DNA from: Candidatus Woesearchaeota archaeon
GTDB taxonomy: Archaea > Nanobdellota > Nanobdellia > Woesearchaeales > JAZDFJ01
Reading direction: 5' to 3'
DNA: 32,077 nucleotides
Assembly (NCBI GenBank): GCA_043807995.1
Contig: JAZDFJ010000058.1
Span: forward strand, 1 to 32,077
Shown here: piece after piece, positions 17,615 to 25,595 of the stretch
Layout: each line of letters opens with the position of its first letter
How positions within the stretch are numbered: the stretch's first letter is position 1
Made by a program: the position numbers and the translations under genes
The notes under the pieces: generated by a model
Seen by the model: only the letters and a program-made list of their open reading frames with translations
Databases searched by the model: none
What the model was told of the DNA's origin: nothing

Positions 17615-18197
17615 TAAAATCATCCTCCGCATTCTGATGCTGCCACAAATCGAGGCACCTTTGCGCTGTATTCAAAGCACCTGCTAAATCATACAAAACC
17701 ATTACTGCATCATACGCGAGTTTTGCCACTGATTCTGCACGCGAATCTGTAAGCCTATTTACTCCAATGCAAAGATGTTCTGCAAGTCTTTGAGGAGAAT
17801 AAACATTTCCAAATACACTCTGGCTGCGCACACGTGATATTATTTTAGAATCAGCTGTTAATGGTCCCCCTGCAGAACGTCTTTGCGGCAAAAACAAGGT
17901 GACCTCTCTGCCATCCTGACCAATGTATTGGATATTTAATTCTCTCCTTGCAGGATTTTCTTCTATCCGAACACTAGCGCATGATTCAGCCACACCTGGT
18001 TCAGTGGCAGCATAAAATATGCCTGCAATAAAATCATTAATCTCTATAGTCAATTCCTGCCGCAATCCAGCTGTGTCAGTGCCTGGCTCTAGCCTTCTTG
18101 CCCTGTCAGCCAAATCACGCAGGCCAGGCTTTTCGGCTCTGGCTGCATCTGCACTCGAAGTATCAAATCCTGATTCGATTGTTATATCATCTGTCAT
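17604..18197 (-). CDS. Hypothetical protein (197 aa), paralog of 18753-19544
   Basis: GGGGTGAT SD. Starts MTDD (an alternative ATG lies 2 codons upstream at 18203). The LADRARRLE motif sits at the same offset as MADKARRLL in the 263-aa protein. Confidence 0.65.
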   Translation of the reverse strand: MTDDITIESGFDTSSADAARAEKPGLRDLADRARRLEPGTDTAGLRQELTIEINDFIAGIFYAATEPGVAESCASVRIEENPARRELNIQYIGQDGREVTLFLPQRRSAGGPLTADSKIISRVRSQSVFGNVYSPQRLAEHLCIGVNRLTDSRAESVAKLAYDAVMVLYDLAGALNTAQRCLDLWQHQNAEDDFNGI

Positions 18198-18220
18198 TTT
18201 CATATCACCCCGTCTAAACT

Positions 18221-18727
18221 CTATCTTGGAACCAGATTTATGCCATAAGTATTAAGCAATTCCTGCAATGCATTAGGCGAACACATTTGTCTTTTTGCGT
18301 CTCCAATGGCTGTCATTAATACAGCAACATATTCGCTGATTCGCCTTTCTTTTCCTGAACAGGAACTGGGCAATCCATCTGAAGAAACAAAATGAACAAT
18401 ACCTGGAGAAGTTCCCATCTTTAATACCTGAAAGCCGGCGCGTGCCATCGAGCCTGCAGCCAAAACTGCGATATTCGCGGCGCTAACAAACGATTCAGTA
18501 GTTTGAGGATATGCGATTCCAGGATTTTCCAAATCTCGGTTCACATACAGCGCTGATCTGACTATTCTTCCTTTGGCGTTTGGAATGTCAACAACGCAAT
18601 CCAAAAGGCCATCTCTCTTGCCTATCCTTCTTAAATGTGCAGTATGGATTAAGCCGTATTGAACTGCAAGCGAACCAGCCAATTGCACCAATCTTAGATC
18701 TTTTTCTTCTCCTAGTGAATATGCCAT
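18221..18727 (-). CDS. Hypothetical protein (168 aa)
   Basis: TAGGAGGAC SD. No TM segment and no recognisable motif. Confidence 0.65.
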   Translation of the reverse strand: MAYSLGEEKDLRLVQLAGSLAVQYGLIHTAHLRRIGKRDGLLDCVVDIPNAKGRIVRSALYVNRDLENPGIAYPQTTESFVSAANIAVLAAGSMARAGFQVLKMGTSPGIVHFVSSDGLPSSCSGKERRISEYVAVLMTAIGDAKRQMCSPNALQELLNTYGINLVPR

Positions 18728-18752
18728 TTTTGTCCTCCTAAAAAAATATTAT

Positions 18753-19544
18753 CTATCTTATGCGAAATCTTTCTTTGCTTAACGCAAGCCTGGTATCTGC
18801 AATCTCTTCAATTGCTGATTTAGGTTTTTCCCCAACCCCAAGCGCTTTTCTCAGTGCTTCAAGCTGGTGCTCAAAAGCAGTATGACCTGCAGAGCCTCTT
18901 GACTTTAATTCCCCAGTTTTTGCAGTGACTTCTGCTGCTGTCTGCACAAGAGCTGCTCCAAGAGCTTCTCTCATGGCAAGCAGGCCTTCGTAAGCAGTTA
19001 CAGGGCCGTATGTTTTGCCTGGTTCTGCTTCAGGAGCAGGTTGTTCAACTCCGGGAGCAATAGATCGTAAAAGATGCATTACAAAGTTATCTTGCGTACA
19101 TGCAGAATAATTATCAAAGCTGCTTTGTTCACCGAGCGTTCTGCTAATCTCACCTTCTCTTATATCTATTAGCGAACCTCTGGGCTGGTATGAAAAAGAA
19201 ACATATCTGCCAGGTGTGACTCTAGATGCACAAACATTTGTGATTTCAGTCCCGTTTCCATATTTATAGACAGCCAATTGAACACCACCAAATCTGCGCA
19301 GAGTCTCTTGTTTCGGATCTGCCCTGTCTGCATAAGCTGCAAGAGCAGTTGCTGCGGTCTTTATGTCGGTGAGCAACAAATCAACTTGCTCGTGGACTTC
19401 TTCCTGTGATTCTGCTGCAGAACCCAATAATCTTCTTGCTTTGTCTGCCATTGATTCTGATTCTAACTCAACACCTTCTGGAAACATTCCGTCTATTTCA
19501 TTGCTTGCAATTCGCAATTCTGTTTGATAAGCATCATCTGTCAT
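18753..19544 (-). CDS. Hypothetical protein (263 aa), paralog of 17604-18197
   Basis: AAGGAGGAA SD. Starts MTDD. Acidic N-terminus, a beta-rich middle and a helical C-terminus. Confidence 0.7.
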   Translation of the reverse strand: MTDDAYQTELRIASNEIDGMFPEGVELESESMADKARRLLGSAAESQEEVHEQVDLLLTDIKTAATALAAYADRADPKQETLRRFGGVQLAVYKYGNGTEITNVCASRVTPGRYVSFSYQPRGSLIDIREGEISRTLGEQSSFDNYSACTQDNFVMHLLRSIAPGVEQPAPEAEPGKTYGPVTAYEGLLAMREALGAALVQTAAEVTAKTGELKSRGSAGHTAFEHQLEALRKALGVGEKPKSAIEEIADTRLALSKERFRIR

Positions 19545-19611
19545 TTTTCTATTCCTCCTTTATAATCATATATAATCAATATTTGAAAATAATAAAATAA
19601 AAAAAATTATT

Positions 19612-22600
19612 TTATGCTGCCAATGGCTGCTGTACAGTCCTTCCTGCATAAGCTGCGACCCTTTGCTCCAATCCTTGCTTAAACCTTATGCTGTCGTCGC
19701 CAAGCACTCCTCTTATCACTTTGAGCCTCTTGTACACTGTTGATTCGCTGCAGCTCATACCATTCTCAGTAAGCTTTTTTGCCGCTTCCTTTGCAGTCAT
19801 TCCCTGCTTTACAACTCCATTGCTGTCAAAGACTGCATTGTAAGTTGCTTCAAGGTCTACCGCATACTTTGAATTTATTCTCTTGCCGTGACTTGACTGG
19901 TAAGCATTGTATGCATTGCTGATACCGCCTGTTTGCGCAAGCGCCTGATAGTATGCATTGTCTCTGTATCCTGTTGCTGCTGGCTTTGATGCAATTCCTT
20001 TTAACTTGTCTGCTGCCTCGATAACCATGTTTGTTGTTGCTGTTACTTCCAATGAACTGACTTGCTCTTCACTGTTGTCGTCATCTACAATTGCATCAAT
20101 GCTCGGCGCAGTATTGTATGCAACACTTGGCCTGACAATTGCTAATTTTAACTTGTAAGCAGGTGCTCCTCGTGAGTATGCAGCTGGCTCTGTTGTTTTA
20201 GGTGCTGGGGTTTCTGCCGGTGCAGGCGGGTTTCCTGCTCCTGCGCTTTCAGCTACTGATACTGGAGTGTCTGCTAATGCAGGTGCTTCTGCTGGTGGAA
20301 TTTGACTCTCTGTTTCATCTCTGTCTCTGCCGCCATTTCCTGGACCATTGTTGTCTGGGGTTGGTATTTCAGGTCCTTCTGCTCCTGTCCTGCGGAATCG
20401 TCTTTTCAATGCTCTGATGCCTTTGTAAGCTCCCACGGATACACCCGCAAGTACTCCTGCCGCTCCAACACAAAACGGAGAGCCCAGATATTTATTAAAA
20501 TCCTTATTTTCAGTATCATCAAGAAAATCAACTGTTCTGCCGTCAGATAGTGTTGTAACTCCATCGCCAGTCCAATAATCTTTCCAAACTGCGCAAACAT
20601 CCTTCACATAATCCGCAACCCCGTTGGCTGCATCAGCAACTCCATGACCTGCCTTGGCAAAGATGTTGCCGTCTCCTGAGCTTGTTGTGTCGCGAACAGC
20701 ACTTGTTACTGTATCAACAACTGCTTTTGCTGCTGCACTACTGTCTGCAGGTGTATTTGCAACAACTGCTTCAAGCGATGGCTTGTGGTTGGAGAGTCCA
20801 TCTTTTATTGCATTGAAAAACCCTTCAATGTCAAAGTCTTTCATGTTCTGTATTGGGTGCTGCACTGCTGAAGCAATGTATTTCAAGATATGCTCTGGAA
20901 TCTTTGAAGCTTCCTGGTTGAATTTATGGAGAGACTCTGATCCGTTCCATTTCATAAAGTTTATCAAGTTCTCTGCGTAATTGATGTAACCACTAACAAT
21001 CTCTTTCGCAGAGTCTAAACTGGTTTTATTAGCATTCATTGCTTCAATCTGAGCCCGGAGATTACTTTGAATATCCTGGAGCCCATAAATCCTGTCTTCG
21101 AATGGCTTTCTCATGACACTCAAATCAACAGAGCCCTGGTCTAATCTGAATAGGTGCGGATTTCCATTGACATTCGCAAGGTGTCCATTCTGTCCTTTGA
21201 CATACTCAAGCCCCTGCTTTGCAGCTTCTTCTAAAGTTATTTTGCTATTATCCTGAAGAACTGCGTTTACAAGATCTTTTATATTGTGAATGCCCGAACC
21301 AAACTGCTCATAGCTGAAGCCACTGCCCTGCAGTTTTCTCAACTCAGAAACAGCCTGCTGGACTTCGCGCCATGCAGAGCTTCCTCTTTCAAGAGTTCCT
21401 GTCAATTTTGATGTTGCATCAGTTAAGCTCTGGATTTCCCTGCTGTTAGCATGTAAATCTCCAGAAACAGCAGTTAAAGCTTTTTGTGCTGCATCAATCT
21501 GCTGTTCAAGCTGTGAATACGCTTTATTCATCTGGCCTAATGCTGCCTGGCTTTGCTGTGTTGCTTCTGCTATCTGCTTATTGCCATGTTCACCTAATAG
21601 ATAATAGGCAGCGATTCCTGCTGCAACAAGCCCTGCTGATACTCCGATGCAGGTTTTGTGTCTATCAATAAAGCCTCCTTTCTGATACCATTTCCTTGAT
21701 TGGTCTGGTGTGTTCCCAGCTCCTTCTGTTGTTTCACTGCCGCCGGTTGTGCCATTTGCACCATCCGTGCCTTTTGGCGGTATAGGAGTTTCGCCTGCTG
21801 GTGCAGATGAATCTGTTGGTGTTGCAGCAACATATCCTTCTGTTGTTGCTTCTTCTAATGATTTTACATCTGCTTTTGCAGCTCTTCTTTGAGCTCTAAA
21901 TTGTGAAAATCTCCTGAAAGGATTTCTTCCTGTGTATGCCTGGTTTGCACTTTCGCCAACTCCTTGCACTTCTCCGGAAGCTGTTTCGCTAGAAGCAACC
22001 AAGCCTTGCTCTTGTTCAAATTGTTCTATGGCGCTTTCCAAAGCTTTGTGAACTTGACTGGCTCTTTTTCTTTCACGCCCACCCGTATAACCTGGCTCTT
22101 CAGAGAGAACTTCTCGTGCCATTCTTGCAATTTCTTGTGGTGAAATTCGTGAAATTCGTCCACCAACTCTCTTAAAATCATATAGAAAATCATCAGGCAG
22201 ATATTTTGGCTCTATCCTATCTTCACCTGTTACAAGGCCTTCCACCCAACCTCTAACAATTCTTCCAAAAGATTGCACTCTGTCATCTGTGGTTTCTGCT
22301 GAACCTGCTTCTTCCGCCACTGGCGGAGATGAAATCTGAGGTTCACCGGCTCCATCACGATAAGATGGAGATACTGCTTCTCCGCCTGTTGTTGGTACAC
22401 CTATACTAGGCGAATCTAAAACTCTGACTTCCAAATCAGGCTGTCTGTCTGCTGGCCTTTCTGCTTCTGTTTTCGGTGCTTCAATTCTTGTGCGTCTCAG
22501 TACATCTGCAACTTCATCATGGCCTTTTCGTGCATCTGTCGGATTAGGAATTCCAGCTCTTCTCAGTGCTTCTGCAGCACCATTATGATAATTACGTCCA

Positions 22601-22716
22601 ATATCGTCTTTTGTTACCTCACCAGTTATTGGAGCTCTAAGCATATCGTCTCCCATTTCGCTCACCTCTCGTATTAATTTTTCAGCCTGTCTTTCTCTAT
22701 CATCAGAACCTGTCAT
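19612..22716 (-). CDS. Large two-pass membrane protein (1034 aa; 1036 if started at 22722) with a helical exo-domain and C-terminal HTH-like segment
   Basis: AAGGAGG SD. TM helices at about aa 358-376 and 749-768 (numbered from 22722), each with K/R clusters on the outer flanks. That implies an N-in/C-in topology and a ~370-aa external coiled-coil-rich domain. P/A/T/G-rich linkers are present. The C-terminal MTAKEAAKKLTENGMSCSESTVYKRLKVI resembles a sigma70-region-4/LuxR-type HTH. Confidence 0.8.
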   Translation of the reverse strand: MTGSDDRERQAEKLIREVSEMGDDMLRAPITGEVTKDDIGRNYHNGAAEALRRAGIPNPTDARKGHDEVADVLRRTRIEAPKTEAERPADRQPDLEVRVLDSPSIGVPTTGGEAVSPSYRDGAGEPQISSPPVAEEAGSAETTDDRVQSFGRIVRGWVEGLVTGEDRIEPKYLPDDFLYDFKRVGGRISRISPQEIARMAREVLSEEPGYTGGRERKRASQVHKALESAIEQFEQEQGLVASSETASGEVQGVGESANQAYTGRNPFRRFSQFRAQRRAAKADVKSLEEATTEGYVAATPTDSSAPAGETPIPPKGTDGANGTTGGSETTEGAGNTPDQSRKWYQKGGFIDRHKTCIGVSAGLVAAGIAAYYLLGEHGNKQIAEATQQSQAALGQMNKAYSQLEQQIDAAQKALTAVSGDLHANSREIQSLTDATSKLTGTLERGSSAWREVQQAVSELRKLQGSGFSYEQFGSGIHNIKDLVNAVLQDNSKITLEEAAKQGLEYVKGQNGHLANVNGNPHLFRLDQGSVDLSVMRKPFEDRIYGLQDIQSNLRAQIEAMNANKTSLDSAKEIVSGYINYAENLINFMKWNGSESLHKFNQEASKIPEHILKYIASAVQHPIQNMKDFDIEGFFNAIKDGLSNHKPSLEAVVANTPADSSAAAKAVVDTVTSAVRDTTSSGDGNIFAKAGHGVADAANGVADYVKDVCAVWKDYWTGDGVTTLSDGRTVDFLDDTENKDFNKYLGSPFCVGAAGVLAGVSVGAYKGIRALKRRFRRTGAEGPEIPTPDNNGPGNGGRDRDETESQIPPAEAPALADTPVSVAESAGAGNPPAPAETPAPKTTEPAAYSRGAPAYKLKLAIVRPSVAYNTAPSIDAIVDDDNSEEQVSSLEVTATTNMVIEAADKLKGIASKPAATGYRDNAYYQALAQTGGISNAYNAYQSSHGKRINSKYAVDLEATYNAVFDSNGVVKQGMTAKEAAKKLTENGMSCSESTVYKRLKVIRGVLGDDSIRFKQGLEQRVAAYAGRTVQQPLAA

Positions 22717-22907
22717 TTTCATATCCTCCTTTGCATCCTTTTTTTGGTCTATAATAATAATTGTATGTTATTACTCAATAATAGGTATGTTTAAGTATTT
22801 AAATCTTTCGTTTTTGTCACCACTACGGGATAACAAATCGACTTCAGAGAGAAACATTTATAAACTATTACAAATTAACAATAACATTATTGCAAAAAAA
22901 CAATAAA

Positions 22908-23495
22908 ATGAAAAACTACTTGAAAATAATCAATTTCCTGCTCGACAACAGGAAAGAATCCTTCAGCATAAACCAGATAGCTAAAAGCCTAAGCATGAAT
23001 TACAGGACAGCATTCGAGGAAATCAAAAAACTCGAAACAGAGCAAACCATAAAGATAAAAAAGATAGCAAACTCAAACCAATGCACATTAAACAGCACTC
23101 TCAGCCCAAAGATTTTCGAGGCAGAACATCTCAGGACCGAGAATCTTCTGAAAAACAAAAACATCAAAGTGCTGAGCAGGCATCTTGATAATCTAAACCG
23201 GATGTTTTTCATCTCTCTTATATTCGGCTCTCATGCAAAACAGCAAATAAACAATAATTCAGATATCGACCTGTGCATAATCACAGATGACAATGAATTT
23301 AAAGCACAGGCAGAGCAAACCGCAAGAATTCTGCCTTTAAGCATTCATTTTTTCGGATTCACATCCAAAGAATTTATGAGCATGCTTGAAACAGCAAAGC
23401 CCAATGTAGGAAAAGAGATTGCAAACAGCAACATAATCTTAAGCGGGATAGAGGAATTTTACAAGCTGATTCAATGCTCGACAAGAAACGGATAA
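22908..23495 (+). CDS. wHTH plus minimal nucleotidyltransferase (MNT-type) protein
   Basis: The N-terminal FSINQIAKSLSMNYRTAFEEIKKLE is winged-helix-like. The NTase signature GSHAKQQINNNSDIDLCIITDD is present. ATG 22908 is preferred over TTG 22890. Confidence 0.7.
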   Translation: MKNYLKIINFLLDNRKESFSINQIAKSLSMNYRTAFEEIKKLETEQTIKIKKIANSNQCTLNSTLSPKIFEAEHLRTENLLKNKNIKVLSRHLDNLNRMFFISLIFGSHAKQQINNNSDIDLCIITDDNEFKAQAEQTARILPLSIHFFGFTSKEFMSMLETAKPNVGKEIANSNIILSGIEEFYKLIQCSTRNG

Positions 23496-23618
23496 TAGAA
23501 ACGGCCAACATTCACATATCGAAAGTTTTAAATATCAGCACGTTAATATGTATAATATTAAGATACTTGAGGAGATATGTGTTTCCTGCATCTAGGAAAC
23601 ACAAAAGCCCTCGAAAAA

Positions 23619-23711
23619 ATGAAAGCTATTATTTTTAATGATAAAGACAATTCTGACAGAAGTTTGAATAGATTAAATAAGAACAGAGACATTTCTAGCC
23701 TCAGATTCTGG
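23619..23711 (+). pseudogene. Putative N-terminal fragment of the NYN/LabA-like gene (MKAIIFNDKDN...)
   Basis: IIFNDKDN aligns with the first-strand NYN signature (hhFhDxxN). The frame runs into the 166-bp element and stops at 23751. Deleting 23712-23877 joins it in frame to 23878. Confidence 0.4.
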
Positions 23712-23877
23712 AAAATAACAAAAATTTGCTGCTCAGCGCCATCCCCGGCCTAAAGGCACGGGGTTTTCACGCGCCTCGCTAAAATGCAAATTTTTGGAAT
23801 AGCAAATTTCGACCTGAAGGTCGGGGTATTCATCATCCCCAAGCAATTTCTTCCAGAGGGCGAAATTTCCTATAAAG
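23712..23877 (+). mobile_element. 166-bp structured repeat element, copy A
   Basis: About 90% identical to 30415-30577 in the same orientation. Multiple internal stems are present, and two of them carry compensatory differences between the copies. Confidence 0.8.
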
Positions 23878-24606
23878 TTGCTTCATAAATACATATTTGA
23901 AAAAGTTGAAAGCCTGATTAAAGAGCAATGTCATTGTTTAGAACTGAGCAAAACATTAATTTACACAGGCGAATATAATGTCAAAGCGCTTACAAATGTT
24001 AAAAAAAGCTGCGGTTCGAAAATTAAAGAGATGAATGAGCTTATCACTAAAGAAAATCTGCTATTAGAAAAAGTTAATTCTATTAAAGGATATGACGAAC
24101 TAAAAAAAGATGTTTTAGAACACGTAAATTCAATAAGAAGCGTATTTGAATCAATAAGACAGTCTAACATAGAAGCTATAGCAAAGCAGAACAAAAATGC
24201 ACAAGCACAATCAAATTTCTTTGAATATGTCAAGAATAAACTAAGATTTTCTGAAGTAAGAACAACCCCATTAGTAACACGCGGCGGAAGAATTCAGCAA
24301 AAAGGGGTAGATGCTAAATTCTCAACTGACTTAATATTATTAGCGCAGGCAAATGCATATGATGTGGGCATATTGCTAACAGGAGATGCAGATTTAAAAG
24401 AATCGATTAGATTAGTAAGAGAAAGATATGGCAAAATCATTATATCTGTAGCATACTATGAAGCAGATGAAAGCAAGAGAATTTGGAATACAATCAGCGA
24501 GGATCTAATAAAGGAATGTGACTATTTTATTAATCTTGCAGATTTCTCAGAAAATGAAATAGAGAAAATATCAGTCAAAAAAACGCATTTCCCGAAACAT
24601 TTATAA
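23878..24606 (+). CDS. NYN/LabA-like ribonuclease domain protein, body (possibly a disrupted gene)
   Basis: QQKGVDAKFSTDLILLAQANAYDVGILLTGDADLKESIRLV matches the NYN core (GVD...D...GD.D). The ORF has only a TTG start with no SD. The first in-frame ATG is codon 52. Confidence 0.6.
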   Translation: MLHKYIFEKVESLIKEQCHCLELSKTLIYTGEYNVKALTNVKKSCGSKIKEMNELITKENLLLEKVNSIKGYDELKKDVLEHVNSIRSVFESIRQSNIEAIAKQNKNAQAQSNFFEYVKNKLRFSEVRTTPLVTRGGRIQQKGVDAKFSTDLILLAQANAYDVGILLTGDADLKESIRLVRERYGKIIISVAYYEADESKRIWNTISEDLIKECDYFINLADFSENEIEKISVKKTHFPKHL

Positions 24607-24657
24607 AAAAGCATCATCTAAAGGGCTGTATCACGCATATTAAAGAGAGGTGATTGC

Positions 24658-25050
24658 ATGGGTTTGAATGAGCCGCACAACTGGGTTTCATTGTTTGTAG
24701 GATTGATTGTCACAGCATTCGGCCTTATACCGCTTTTATCCAAGCTAAAGCTCATACCATCCTTGCTGGGCTTTCTTGATAACATTGTAGGCGTCATAGG
24801 AGTGTATCTTATAGTGGCATTCGGGCTCTATATCCTTCTGGACTCGTTTTTGGAAGACAACGACAATGCAATAAAATACATTTCAATAGTTGTGGCAATA
24901 GCTGTTGTGGCAGTAGGGCTTATAACAATGCTCAACTCCCTCAAGATAATAGCATTCAAGATACCGATTGTCACGCCGATAGTATTCAATATCATCTTTG
25001 TTGTGGAAGGACTATTCCTGATAATAGCAGCCTTTGCAATGGAGAGATAA
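24658..25050 (+). CDS. Small integral membrane protein (about 4 TM helices)
   Basis: 130 aa, four hydrophobic helices, GAGGTGA SD. Confidence 0.65.
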   Translation: MGLNEPHNWVSLFVGLIVTAFGLIPLLSKLKLIPSLLGFLDNIVGVIGVYLIVAFGLYILLDSFLEDNDNAIKYISIVVAIAVVAVGLITMLNSLKIIAFKIPIVTPIVFNIIFVVEGLFLIIAAFAMER

Positions 25051-25052
25051 AT

Positions 25053-25544
25053 ATGGCTGAAAGAAGGCTTCATAGAGAAAGAAGTTTCTGGGATAACTTA
25101 AAACCCTGGCGCGATATAGACAAAGCAAGGGAAATCCGCAGGGAATTTGACGAACTCATATTCCACACTTCTGATGCAAAGACTCGTTTGATTTTATTGG
25201 ACAGACTAGTAGATTCTGGTTTAACAGAGGGATTAACAGTCGGGGTTTGGAGAAGCCTTCTAAGAGGAATTGCTTTTACAACTGTTGTTGGACCGCCAAT
25301 ATTACTCAGTTTAGATAAATATCTGACAGCTCAAAATGGCGGCTACCCTGTTGTGGGAAATGCAGGGAATGCCATCATGGTCTCTGCGGTCTTTGGTTAT
25401 CTTCTGGGCATTGCAGATGCAGGCGTATCCAGCGCAAGAACATATCACACGCTGAGACCAGTATTCCGCGCTTATGATAAATTACACCGAGAGCTTTATC
25501 CTGAACGTTACCAGAAGCATAAACCACAAGAATGTGCATTGTAG
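25053..25544 (+). CDS. Hypothetical protein (163 aa) with a central hydrophobic region
   Basis: It starts 2 nt after the upstream stop. Codon choice is GAA/TTA/CAA-rich, like the 15-22.7 kb block. Confidence 0.55.
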   Translation: MAERRLHRERSFWDNLKPWRDIDKAREIRREFDELIFHTSDAKTRLILLDRLVDSGLTEGLTVGVWRSLLRGIAFTTVVGPPILLSLDKYLTAQNGGYPVVGNAGNAIMVSAVFGYLLGIADAGVSSARTYHTLRPVFRAYDKLHRELYPERYQKHKPQECAL

Positions 25545-25595
25545 ATTCTTAAAAAAGTTTTTCTATATTCTTTTTTATCCTGTTCCTATCCCCGA

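Noticed and set aside
23474-23641. 54-aa ORF overlapping the NTase stop, considered as a HEPN partner gene
   Set aside because: It is too short for a HEPN domain, no Rx4-6H motif was seen, and it overlaps the putative NYN N-terminal fragment. At best it is a remnant.
23712-23877. Bulge-helix-bulge (archaeal splicing endonuclease) intron as the explanation for the in-frame 166-bp interruption
   Set aside because: I could not pair the two junctions into a helix-bulge-helix-bulge-helix motif, and the second copy is intergenic. It remains only a possibility to test by RNA-seq.
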